Origin: Ministeria vibrans ATCC 50519
Taxonomy: Eukaryota; Protista; Filasterea
Direction of reading: 5' to 3'
Assembly: GCA_943704425.1 (NCBI GenBank)
Contig: CALSCP010002206.1
Coordinates: 1 to 52,229, forward strand
Length of the DNA stretch: 52,229 nt
The notes under the pieces were generated by a model. It saw nothing but the letters and a program-made list of their open reading frames with translations, made no database searches and was not told the DNA's origin. Below are positions 21,106 through 34,850 of this stretch, piece after piece. A program made the position numbers and the translations under genes. Numbering within the stretch: position 1 is the stretch's first letter; each line of letters starts with the position of its first letter.

Positions 21106-24100
21106 TCACTCCTCATCCTCATCGGAATTGGAAAAAATGTCTTCGCGACTGCTGAGAGGTACTCGATGATCATGGAAACTCTCCAAGAGATCGCCGTCGA
21201 TGGCAGCGCGATCATCGCGACGTCGCTCGTTGACACGCGCCCGCACACTGCGCATTGCTTCGACGCTGGATGTGCGCTGCAAGAACCGACTGGCTCGTTG
21301 CGCGCGCAAAGCTTCCGTCGCGCGCGAGTCTCGTTCGCTCACAAAAAATGCCTCTTCTTCGCGCAACACATCGTGCTCATCGGTTGTGCGCACTCGACGT
21401 TGCTCACTGCGAATGTGCTCCGTGAGACTTGTCAATGCTCCCTCTGCGGCACCCAAACACGCCTCGTCCGGTGTGGTCGGACGAACCCCACTCTCATTCA
21501 GCTCACGCCGCACCTCACGCCACACTTGGCCCACTTTCACATCGAGATACCGTTCAATCACCACCATCTTAATACGTTCGCGCGCACTCAGTGTCGCCAA
21601 GGCCGCCACTTGTGCGTCCACCAGCAACATCACTAGCCCGTACACTTTGCAGCGCACATTGTCATTCACATCACTCACAGCCCCGCAGTATCTCACATCA
21701 CTCGCTAGCGGATTGTCCGTGTCCTCCCTCACACATCCATAGTCATCAACCTATGCAACGTCAAAATAAGATTAAAAAAAAAAACAGATCGCATTCGCTC
21801 AACATATATTCGTACAGTCACTCCAAGACGCTCCTCTTCCGCACACCAAATGGCAATGAGCAGCGATAGCGAGCCTCTTGCAGTCGCATTTGTACTGGTA
21901 TAATTAGTGCTCGAAATGGTGCTGCGCCACTCGGTGAGGTGCTCGAGAGCAGTGTGGTTGCGCGAGCACAAGTCAAGCAAAAGACCCAACAGGAGACTGT
22001 GCAGAAAAGAGGGCGCACGGTCGAGCACGTCGAGCAGACGAAACACTCCCGAGTGCGCCAGAAAGGCTCCTTCTAGTGGTGCATTTGAACTAGGGTGTGC
22101 CAGAGCACTCCAGACACAATCAGTGGCCGCCAAAAGCACATCGTCGTAGCCCAAGTGACTTTCGCACTGCGTTGTGTCGTACCACACAAACACACTGATC
22201 ACCTGCATTCCATTCGCCCGTCCGAATCGCTCCGAGTGCCCCCACGAGTGTCGACACAGTGCACTCAGTACCATCAGGGCATCGCAGCGCAGTGACACCC
22301 GCTCAGCCCTCACCAGTGTCGCCCTATTTCTCGTCATATCACGAGTACGACTGAGTAACGTCTCGGTTGTTTCACCTTTTTCCTTTCGCATTGCTTTCAG
22401 CTGAACTCGCTCTCGCTCTCCCTTTGCCTCGTCCTCGTCCAATTCACGCTCCAGCAGTCCCACCAGCAACTCAATTGCCCCGTACTCTCCCAAATCCTCT
22501 CGTACCAAATGGCGCACCGCCCGATCAGACGCACTGCCGCCATGATCAGCAGCCATTGAAGTGGTATCCAAATCCGCGTCGGCGTCAGCGTCATGATCAC
22601 TTGCCACCGCCAACAGCAGACGTAAGGAGCCGCGCAACACGCCCAGCGCATACGCCGACGTCGATCCACCCGTGTCCATGAGACAGCGACTGAGCAGCGA
22701 TATCACCCGCGCATTCCCTCTCGCGCGCACATACGCGCCAAGGCAGAGCGGGCACAGCTGTGCAAGCAACGCTAGTGACTGCCTCTGCACCTCCTCACAC
22801 TGCACACGCGACCACATGACAACGCCACGATGACTGGGTGTCTTATCTGTCTCTGTCGCCTTGTTGTAATAGTGCGCAGTCGCCTGTGTGAGCAGATGCG
22901 CTATGAGCGCGCTATCACTGACGATTGTGAGTGCAGTCAGATCACGTGCAAGCACCAGAATAAAACTGTAGAGCAACTGCAAAAACTCGTAGTCGGTGCG
23001 ATCGTTTGTGAGGGGTAGTCGTGCAACACTGAGTGACGGCTGATGGTGTGGTGGTGGCACTGAGAAAGTGCCGTCGACGTCGACGGAGCTGGGTGTGATT
23101 GTGTCGCGCTGATAGAACGCAAACACAAGGTTGATGGCATCGGCAAGCCAGCCGGTGCGGACAATCTCGCTTGAGAGCGCGCGATCGCGTGCCAATTGGG
23201 TGGCAATAACGAGCAATTCGTTGCGCTGTTCGCGGTCGTGCGAGCTCACTGCGAAACGCACTGACTCGCGAAACGCCTGTGTTAGATCACCAATGCTCTC
23301 GTGGAAGTGCGACGCACTCGAGCGATTCTCGGCAATGCGCCAGAGCAACGCTGTCAGTGCAAAAGACTCTTGCGCGACGACAAGCGAGTGGGCTTGTGGT
23401 GAGGTGTGCGCGAGAGTGGCGTCGCGCAGCCACACAACGAGAGCGTGAATCAGTAGGCGATCGTGCACGAGCGCTTCGCGTGTCTGCTCGCACATAGATT
23501 CAGCCAGCATCATGGCCAAGTGCAGTGGTGAGAGACGACGTTGGCGGTTGGGCGCGCGCACGAGCATAAGCGAGACGGAGTCAGCAAGCGACGCAGGCAA
23601 CAAGGGTTGCATCACATCGACAAGGGCGACAAGTCGCGCGAGGCCGTCGCACACATCGTCTACAAGAGCGTCACACACGGCGCCAAGCATGGCCAGCTCG
23701 CTTGCAAAAAGTGCAACGCTACGTGCATACTGATCGCGCTCACTTGCTGTCTGCGGCACCAGCTTGGCACACAGCAGCTGCGCCAGTCCGCGCAACGGCT
23801 CAATGTAAGCCTTGGCAGCGCCGCTCTCTTCGTGGCTCATCTCAAGACGCTCACGACAAGCGCGTACAATCAAAGCGAGCGTTGAGGCGTGCTCCACGCT
23901 CAGAAAAGTGCCTACAGTATAAAATTTTTGTGTGGCTCGCCTTTTTCCCTCTCTCACCTTTGCGGACGAGGTTTCGAATGGCTGCAGCATGTCGTTCGAA
24001 CATGTTGGCGGAATGACGGTCCTGGAGGACATCAAGGACGGCCGTAGGGGCGAGTGCGTTTGCGGAGTCCAAGTCGGGCGTTGGTTGCGATGGCAACGGC

Positions 24101-24152
24101 TGAGTGTAATATATAAAAATGGGGGAAGAAAAGAGGGCGAGAGAACGAGCAT
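21106..24152 (-). CDS. CFAP69: Cilia- and flagella-associated protein 69 (armadillo-like)
   Basis: VLDVLQDRHSANMFERH..RK|GTFL, DCVWSAL..EGAFLAHSGVFRLLDVL..LLLDLC..HLTEWR, LLIAIWCAEEERLGV and YLDVKVGQVWREVRREL..GVRPTTPD are CFAP69 signatures. Introns at 23957-23912 and 21815-21751, and probably 24146-24100. Confidence 0.85.
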
Positions 24153-24186
24153 GAGCGGGGGGATATTGCGTTTTTGGAGTTGAATA

Positions 24187-24346
24187 ATAAGTTCATGCAG
24201 AACGGAGGTGGGGTACTTTTAATCGAACAGACATGAATAATAAAGTAAAGATGACTGGCGATGATTTAGTTGTTATTCATGTCTATTCGCTTAAAAGTAC
24301 GCCGTACGCCACCTCCGTAAATAGGCTCCGTTCTGCATCAACTTAT
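24187..24346. repeat. Imperfect inverted repeat (foldback/MITE-like hairpin)
   Basis: The left arm ataagttcatgcagaacggaggtggggtacttttaatcgaacagacatgaataa pairs with the right arm ttattcatgtctattcgcttaaaagtac..gccacctccgt..tccgttctgcatcaacttat, which has two short insertions. Confidence 0.75.
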
Positions 24347-25436
24347 ATCTTATTATGAAAATATTATCCAACAATACTTCAACTTTATACTCTTATCATA
24401 TCGCATTGTTCATGGTAAAATTGTGAAATATTCTCGACCAGTTGCCAGTTGACCCAAATGACCAGCAGGGAATTCGAAGCAGCCCTTTTATCCCCCCAAT
24501 GATCTTATTGATTCAGACTCAAGAGAATATTTTGCGATCAAAGAGACGATTTCTGAGTTTTGATCATGAGTGCTGCGGCGCTTCTGCAGTTCTGCCTCCG
24601 TGTCGCACTTTTTTTTTCACACCAGATCTCTCTCACTGAAAAATTCGACACGACTACCACCGCTACAGTAAGCTGCATACATTTTGGGCAAGTGAACGGG
24701 ACGTACTTTCTCTACGGCGAATGGTACGGCGACGGCGCCTACGNNNNNNNNNNGGGGGGGGTGACGGGTGTGTGGGTCAGGCGGTCCGCATGGGATCTAC
24801 GGTTATGGCTGCGGGAAATAACTAACACCACACAGTAATAACTTTGCTGCTCGCAAACAAAATATCGGAGCGTATTTGCGTGTGTCGTGTGCTTCCAGAG
24901 CTTGAAAATAGTGTTAGGGTGCCGGTGATGGTGGTGGGGGCGGCGGTGAGGGGAAGTGACTGTATTTTGTCTCCCTATTCCAGACGAGTCTCGCCGCTCG
25001 ACCCAATACCTAATTTATGCACATTACGCAATTCTCGACTGTCGAAAATATTTCGGTCGAGTTTCGACTTTCGACAAACTTATAGACAAATCATAAAAAT
25101 TACCTGCCTAGGCCCTACGGTGTCAGACTATCTCGAACGCCTATAATGAGTTCTTGCTCCGGTAAGCAGACAAGTGGATTTAGTGACAGCTCATCTCTTT
25201 TCACCCTCAAAATTCTTCTCAAGTGTGCGACGATTGTCATGCGGGTCCACTGTTGAACGATTCGACCAGCCTTTCCGAACTTATCGAAGACATGATTGAC
25301 GTTATTTGGTGCGAATACTTAGTTTTGTACTTTCATCAGCTTGTGAGCTATACGACCGGCGTGAGAGTATGTCGGTTAAATTGAATTGTTTCAAATTTGT
25401 TTCGTTTCTTCATCCGGTTTGTTTATTTAAAAACAT

Positions 25437-26176
25437 ATGAGTGGCAGTCGCTGTTTATTGTTGTGTAAACTGAGTTGTTATGATTGCCCGCTTCTTCCGT
25501 CTCTCTTATTTCTTTATTCTTTCTTTGAATATTTTTCGTTTTACCCCTTGTGCTTGTTGTGATGTGATTATAATTATTCTAATAATAATTATTATACACT
25601 GGGTCTTGTTCTTCTTCTTCTGTGAATGTTCACACACACGACGTATTATAAATTATTCTCGTCTTCATTTATTCCTATTATTAACTTTTTATTCTTCCCT
25701 CTTTTAGCAAATCTTGCAATTATAAGTTGGAAGAAAAGCATAAGTTCCAGGTGGGAACTATCCGAGGCAGAGATTTTGGAGCGCATGAGTCGGTTGCTCT
25801 GTGGAAGGAAGGAGGGCCCATTTTCACAGTGGAATTGGGATTTACTAGGGCGGAGAATGGAAAATTGCACATCGCGCCTTTTTCCAAACAACTTCCGCCT
25901 GAGGCTGCCTCCAAAGTCAAGTGTTTGGGGACAATCCGGGGCTCAGTGTCTGACGTGATTGCATCCGCCATTAGGACCATGCAGAGTATGGGAACGTATA
26001 TGAAAGGCATAACCGACTGCCAAGCATTCTCCAAGCGCTTTGTCAACAACGAATGTGGGCTGCGGTATGGTCGCCTCACCGACGGTGGCAAGACAATTGT
26101 CGGAGTGCTCACTGTTGTTGGTATCGGCGTGCTTGCTATTCTCGCTGCCGTGCTTAAGCCGCGAAATGGCCGCTGA
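25437..26176 (+). CDS. Small permuted papain-like (PPPDE/LRAT-like) protein with a C-terminal transmembrane helix
   Basis: His in GAHESVAL precedes Y-x5-DCQAF, the His-before-Cys order of permuted NlpC/P60 enzymes. Hydrophobic tail IVGVLTVVGIGVLAILAAVL is followed by basic residues. Candidate exon 1 (25437-25498) joins in phase to 25708. Confidence 0.55.
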
Positions 26177-26456
26177 AAGTTTCAGACCCGACAATAATTT
26201 ATGAAAAAGAAAAAGAATACAGCCAAGGGAGTTCGAAGAAATGTGCCTATGTAGGGATAGTTTCAGTTTTTTTTAAGAAAGTGAATGAAAGACTTTGTCT
26301 CGAACTATTATTGTTGGTGGACGTTGTGTTTTCTTGTTTACAATAATAATTTATATTCCATCGCGCATGTACACTCGCCCAGCTGGCTACTATCGCTACC
26401 AAATCAAACAGGTTTGGTCAATTAACGCTAGAATAAAGAATAATTATTATACACAA

Positions 26457-27759
26457 TCATGTTTTTACCTTTGAAGGAAGAGCTTCGAAGAGGGGCTTGT
26501 CCGTTTCGCTGAGTAAGTGCGCCAGAGTCGTGCGGTCTTTAGTGACTTTGACAACATTCTTGATAGGTGGTAGCACATTAACCGTTGTAGCTGTTGTAGA
26601 CTTGGCATTTGACGATAATGTCGATGTATGTGTGATGCGGACGTGTGGTTGTGTTTCGCGCGCTTGTGGTAAGCGACGTGCATCGACGGACACGACGGCC
26701 AGCACTCGTCCATGCGAGTCGTGTGTGTAGGTTCCACTCCCTTGGAAGGTGTCTCCCTCGCGATACGTTGTCGCTCGGCTTGCGCGTGCAATTTCGGCGA
26801 GTTCGCGGTGGTGTGCGCGTCGCTGGGCGAGACTCTCGCATCGTTGTTGAGGCTTCCTACCTTGCGGCTCTTCTGTTGGTTTCTATATTATATCAATGTG
26901 TTCATAATAAAAAAAACGAAATTGTGAGAAGGTAACGGTGCAACATTAAGTCGAACCTCAAGCTCATCAGAGACCGAGTCCTTACAATTAGCTCTCCTAG
27001 TGAGCAATGGCTGTCTTATAATTGTTGTAGTTGTCTCAACCACACTCGCGGTCGATTGTTCCTCGAGCTCGGACTCGGAGTCTTCGGACTCGGGCTCAAA
27101 CAGTATGACATCGTCCTCTCTTGATTTAAACTCCAATGCGCTCATAATCTGATCGTCCGCGGCCGGCGCCACCAGTGGAGACTTTGCGCGCCTATCAGTG
27201 CGAGTCGACAGCGAAATCGCTCCGCGAGCCCACACATCGATGTCGGAAGGAAGTGGTTCTGCAATACACATATTTATACACATAATAATAATAATTATTA
27301 TAAATATTGACCATGGCTAATAGCCATAGACTCGTCTCATGATCGACACACCTTCATCTTCCGCCCAGCTGCAGGTTGAAGAGTCATTCGGCGCTTCTCC
27401 TGGATCCAGTGTGAGAAATTCAACCTGAGATGGAAAAACAACGTTGTCAATGGCAACCGTCTCTAAAACGGCCTCTTGTTGACCACGTTCAACTGCCTAC
27501 ATCAATGACACACATGGCAGCAGCCAAGGCTTCGCGAGCAGCAACCATAGGCGCCTACAATGCCTCAGTTGAAGGGAAAATCGATGTTTTGTCGTCGTCT
27601 AACCTCTCGCTTCAATTGCAATTCGACCACTCGATGTGCCGCCTCGTTGAGGATCTCCTCGAGAAGTTCGCTGACTATGTCGGCGCCATCCTCTCGATGC
27701 TCCATCGCCTCCCACAAGTCCCCGGCAAGCCGACCGCCGACAATGCGCTGCGCCATCAA
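26457..27759 (-). CDS. C2orf81-like (DUF4639) protein
   Basis: The spliced product has W.AM..REDGADIVSELLEEIL, APMVAAREAL..ID|VEFL.LDPGE, WAEDE|EPLPSDIDVWARGAI and YTHDSHGRVLAV..DARRLP, matching conserved C2orf81 blocks. Introns include 27603-27555 and 27500-27425. Confidence 0.7.
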
Positions 27760-27911
27760 TCCCTCACGCTTTGACGACTCTTTTCACTTTTGCACTCCAA
27801 TCGCAACAATCACCAGTCAAGTGAGTTAGTAGTGGAGGGTGTCTCAAAAGAGTAGAATAAAAAATTAAAAACGAATGAATTAATTACTTTTTTTTTTCTC
27901 TCAATCTTTTC

Positions 27912-29611
27912 ATGAAATTAAGACAGAGACAACCGGCAACGAGTGCACGGAGAAGATTGCGAATAGATTCGCGAGACGGAGACGTAAGTCGACACAAATT
28001 GACAGAAGAGCTGAAAATTGAATTGAGCGTTTGATTTGTGTCACACTTTGCAAAGGAGCTTATCTGTGGAATCTGCCTGGCCCACATCACGCTACGCGGG
28101 GTCCTACCGACATGTGATCATCTGGTACGGATGTGGGGAGGCAAGAGCTGCGTTGAATCGACGTGTGTGCTGTGTTCTGTGTAGTATTGTGTGCAGTGCA
28201 TTGAGGAATGGAGCAAAGTGTCCAACACCTGTCCGCTGTGCAAGTACCGCTTCCGCGTCATCATCGAGCGCCACGTGGACACTGCCTGTGCGGCCGATCA
28301 CAAGGATCGCAAGATCCGTGTGGCCGATGTCTACCCGGACACGGACGACGAGGAGAGCTGGACGGCGGGTCAGCAGGAGTCGCTGGACTCGGCTGTGCAC
28401 GATTCGTACGACTATGACGATCCCTTCATTGATGACGAGGCACTGCCGCCTCATGGAAACGGCGACGATGAAGAAGAAGAAGAAGAAGAAGAAGAAGAAG
28501 AAGAGAAGGAGGAGGAGGAGAAGGAGGAGGCAGACAGCGACAGTGTGGATTTTGAGGACGACATCGGCTTTCGTCTGCCAAGAGGAAAGAGAACAAGGCA
28601 AAAAGAGAAGAAGAGAAAGCGGCAGATTGTTGAAGACAGCGACGAGTCTCCACTAAAAGGATCGACCAATCTCGCAGCACAACTCAGTAGTTTCGCCTAT
28701 GACCAGAAACGACCAAAGCACACGCTCTCCTCCTCTCCCGAACGCCTCTCAACACCTCCCCCACCAGTTCGCTCTACATCAACCTCCCCTGTACGCCACC
28801 TTGCCACCTGCCTCTCGTCCCCGTCCTCGCGCGGCCGTCACTCCCGTCGCTCGCGCCCTCGTCCGCCACCTCCGCACGTCGTCTCGCCCAACGGCACGAC
28901 CTGGAACACTGTGTCACGCAGGACACAATCGCCATGTACCAAACCAACTTGCACGAGCACACGCACCAACAACAACGACGACAACAACAGCACCGACGGC
29001 CATCATGAGCCACACTCAGTTTCTCCACGCGTCACCGGCATGTTCGATGTCTTCCGTCGAAACCGCCAACGCCTCGCACAACATCAACACCACAGCACCA
29101 CCACATCATCATCTGCCATCTACAGTGTCCCTCCATCACCACCATCCTCGCACCACTCTATCTCTCCTCCCCCCACCACCACCACCACGACAGATCTTGA
29201 CCAAATCCAGTCGGTCAGTGAGTCTCCGTCCGTCCCGTTCCGTTCCCGTTCCTTCCGCTCATCCGCCGCCCATCCTCCACCGCTGCATTCTCCATCCGCG
29301 CCCAACCCAATGGAGCGCATTCATCGTCGTCAGATTGCCATTTCAATCGCAGAGTCTCTTTGTGAAGAATCTGGATTGGACGAGTCGTTTCTGCCCAAAC
29401 GAATTGCAACTCAAGTAAGAGAAATGGAGAGAGAGAGAAACAAAGTGATAGAGAGAGACGTATTCACTCACTCTAATATCAATAGTTTATGCAACAAATG
29501 AGCGCGAGTGAGAATGCACAACAAACGTGGAATGAGCGCAGAACGCGCATTCGGTCGCTCGTGCGAGATGCAAAGGAGGAGACAGAGCAAGATGAACTTA
29601 ACTTGTTATGA
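27912..29611 (+). CDS. RING-finger (C3HC4) protein with an acidic tract and a Pro/Ser-rich disordered region
   Basis: Spliced CGIC..CDHL|YCVQCIEEWSKVSNTCPLCK, similar to the PHRF1/SCAF11-type RING. YDYDDPFIDD motif and poly-Glu run. Last exon stops at 29609-29611. Confidence 0.8.
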
Positions 29612-29678
29612 GTGAGTTGAAAGAGATGCACAGACGAACAGAAATGTAATATTGGTTGTACAGAAATCAATAATAATG

Positions 29679-31840
29679 TTAAAAGCCGATTGGGTCCATT
29701 GAGTCCTTTGAGACGTACGCGAGTACCTTGAAACGACCGCCCATGTGCTCCGGATGGACTAAGCGCTCACATGCGCTGATAATCTCACGCGCCTTGTCGT
29801 CTGGCTGCTTCTCAAGAAGACGCTCAAGTCGATGCGCAATTCCCAACTGAGCAAATAGCCAGGGAGAGAGAAACAAAGTGGTAGAGAAAATAATAAGTGA
29901 GGGATAGATAATTAGAAGAGAGAGTGTGTGAGTGAGTGAGTAAATGAATTTTGTGTATGTATGTGTGTGTGAATACGGTTTGGAGGAAGATTCCTTGATC
30001 AACTGGCCCCTTGACAGTGACGCCATTGGTTTGCCCAACACGACTCAAAAGCGAGAAGTCAACGTCCGCCGTGATGTCAGCCTCGCCGGGTGCAGACAGC
30101 AGAGCGTGACTTGCGTGGTTCTTCATTGCCTACGTATATATGTTTAAGTGAGTGAATAAGAATAGTCATTGATAAATATAGGAGTGTGATTGAGACAGAA
30201 GTGTATGAACAGAATTGAAGCATTGTAAGTGGTTCTGCAAGAATGTGAGTGAGATTGTGCTAAAATAAAATTGCAATATTGAGTGCGACAAACAAAGGGA
30301 GACAGACAGACATACACACACACACATATATATAATTATTATTAAGGAGTGAGAGACATAATTTTCACACAAGTTGTTACGCGTAGAGTTGGTCGATGGG
30401 CTGTCCATGACCCATAGTCCACAATGAGTGCGGCGGAGTCTCTCGTGCTCCCAATGCGCTGTGCAACCCCTCGTGCCATCTTCTCGCTCTCTATCGACAT
30501 TTCAACTGCGTCATCAACTGAAAATTCAATGTTTTGTTCCGTCAAGTGCGGAAGTCGCTCCTACACCAATCATTAATAACTTTTCGCTTTTTTTCTTTTC
30601 TTTTTTTCGCAACCATCCAACAATTTTGTTTGTACCTTCAGAAAGTAATCAAGAGCGTCAGTCCGACGCGCAGACACAACAAACCGCAAGGCATCCCCCG
30701 TCGTATTGGCAGAATCGGATGAGACTGACGGTGAGACTGACGGGGTTGTGCGGTCAATGAGCATTTCTCGCCATCCGTACTCCCTTGTCAGCTTAAACAT
30801 GTGATAGGGCAGCGCATCAAACAGTTCGTGGGCAGTGATGTACTCAGTTTCACCTAGAAGCATGAGTAATAGAATGTATTGGTTTTTGTTGTGTGTTTGT
30901 TTTGTGCTTTGTCGCGTTTCCTTTCGCTTGGCATATCCTATCTTGTACACCTACTTACCCGCTGGAACATCTTGAAGTTGACGGTACCACGAGACGGGCA
31001 TGTGTGCGTATTTGCTTGTGGTGGTGAACACACTGTCTCTGTCCGTTGCATTGTGTTTCTACCAAACGAGTGAAGATGAGTTTTATAACAATAATATAAA
31101 TGTAACTATGACAAACTTTGCCTTACCTCTCTGAGCTCCGCTCCTTCCGCACCACACAGTTTCTCGCATTGGGCGCCTACAGAGAATGAATACACATATA
31201 TGTTCAGTTCGTTAAGTCACAGTCCATTTTTCTCAATTACAACTCGTTTCATTAGCTCACCTTGCAAATGGTCACTTGTCTCTACCAGATGAAAAGAACT
31301 GATGGACGCCAAAGGTGGGAATTTCGCAATGGACTGAGAGGAAAACCAAAAGATGATCACAGTCACTCTCACTCATTCTCTGTGGCTCTCTCTGCCGTAC
31401 GCGCATCATGTCTTGCGCAAGCGATCCTCGGCCAGGGCCTACTTCAATCCACGCTATCTTGTTCGCGGGGCGGCCAAGGGCGTCCCAGCGCGCAATGTAC
31501 CACACGGCGAGGAGCTGCGAGAGAGGAGACGGATCGCGTTACACTATTGCGCTCAGGAGACTGTTCGATCGCTGCACACCTCGCCAAACACCTGGGACAT
31601 CTCGGGGGAGGTGATGAAGTCCCCCTTGGCACCAAATACAGGCATGCGGGAGTAGTAGCCAAAGAAGGGATGGGTGAGACACGTCGACATGTACTTGGCA
31701 ATGGTCATCGGGCCATTGCTGCTGATCTCAGACAGAATATGCGGCAGCAGAGCCGACGGAAGCTGCGCTTCACTGCTTAGACACCGTGCAAGGCATGCGC
31801 GGCCAAGAGACGCTGATCGCGCCAGTGAGTGAAGCAGCAT
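29679..31840 (-). CDS. NDUFAF7: Mitochondrial protein arginine methyltransferase NDUFAF7/MidA (complex I assembly), multi-exon
   Basis: GPMTIAKYM..CLTHPFFGYY..FGAKGDFITSPEMSQVFGE, IEVGPGRGSL, AHELFDALP, ALIVDYG, PGEADITADVDF and MGGRFKVL. Arg/Ser/Leu-rich N-terminus typical of a presequence. Confidence 0.93.
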
Positions 31841-32094
31841 GAATAAAACTATAAAAGTGATAATCATTCATCACACGAGAATCCATTATTCACCTCATAT
31901 ATACCAAACGATCAACTATAAGTTGCAGTTTATGGCGGGAACACCTTTACCCCTTGCATTTGTTTGTCTCATTTCTGTTTTATATTCAATCTTTTGTTGG
32001 ACTCTGGTTTGACTTTTGATCGTTGAAAATGTAATGAACAGTTTCAACTTTCAAAACTTTCAAAATAATTACACTAGTGTCGACTCATTTGACG

Positions 32095-33321
<1,227 letters not shown>

Positions 33322-33664
33322 ATACAACGAGTATGTTCTCTCTCCTTTTGCCCTTTCAATCCCCCTTTCTCACAAAGGGAATGCCGATTTTTTCCACTTC
33401 AGTTGTTTACAGATAATAGTGTTAATTAAGAAAAATAAATAGAGAATCGGGAGCTGTAATGTCAAAACAAGACTATTCACAAAACTGTGTGTGTGAAACA
33501 AATACTTAATGTCCCGAAAGAAACCCATAGTCCCACTGACACACCCATGACTCATGCGAATAATGAAACCCTGTACACGACAGTCTCCGGCGCACCATTG
33601 CGGCGCCTCTCAGGAGATTATTATTCTTATGATCACAATAATAATAATAATTATTATTATTATT

Positions 33665-34774
33665 ATGAGTATAGTTCTTCGATCTTTCATTAACTTCCCA
33701 ATAAACATATTTTTGACTCGAGACTCCTACGATTTTCTCACTTCCATGCTTCCTCGTCTTCCTCTCCCCTCGTTGACGGATGTTCTGGCTCGCTACGCCA
33801 AGGTAGATTGTGTGAACGGGAAATGAATATGAATACAACTCACTACTGTTTTGCTATTTTTTGCGACTGCATTTGCCTCAGAGTGTCCGCCCGCTCGTCA
33901 GCGACCTGGAGTACACGCGCACGCTGGCAGCAATCAAGACGTTCCCGGAGCAGGCGGCCGACCTGGTCGCACTGCTGGAGCAGCGGCAGCGCAAGACAGC
34001 AAACTGGCTCAGCGACTGGTGGGTCGAGCACGGCTATCTGCGCCCTCGCGCCGCCACGCCCTTCTACGTCAGTGCTGCCATCAGCTTTCCTCCAAGTAAT
34101 GCGCGCCCTCCCATCGCATGAAACAGCGAACGAATATTTTTTCTTTTCATATGAAACGTATTGTGTCTCTTTATGTGTTGTGGTGTGTGTTCCTTTGCAG
34201 ACAACGACGGACAGCTGCTCCGTGCTGCGCGCATTCTCCAACGCAGTCTCATGTACCGTCAAAAGATCCTTGATCGGGCTATTCCCCAGGAGAGGGCTGG
34301 CAAAGATTTGCTCTCCATGGACCAATACGGTAGATCAACCATAGTCACAACTTATTCACGATGCGACTCACACTCTCTTTTAGATCGTCTTTTTGGCGCC
34401 AGTCGTATTGCTCGACCCACCTGTGACACTTTTAGTGTTCTTGAACCTGATCAGTCGCGCCATGTGTGTGTGATGAGCCGCGGAAATTTCTTCACCTTCA
34501 ATCCCTTCGACTCAAACGGCCAAGTCAGCATCGTCTTATCCCGTTCTCATTATACTCATACATAATTCGTGTCTTTTGTCAGATCACGTCAATCACAACC
34601 CTGCTCAACACACTGCGTCGTATTCAAAGCGAGTCCACCTACGACCCCATTGCGTCCCACATTGGTCTCATGGGTGCAACAGAGCGCAATGAATGGGCTC
34701 AAAACAGAGCTCTTTTGGAAAGTTTCCCCGAAAACCGGTACTGTGTTTGGTTCCATATCTATTTATCATATGTC

Positions 34775-34850
<76 letters not shown>

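Noticed and set aside
24420-25320. Possible transposon remnant with a weak 14-bp inverted match and short ORFs
   Set aside because: No transposase motif or target-site duplication, and it is interrupted by an N gap.
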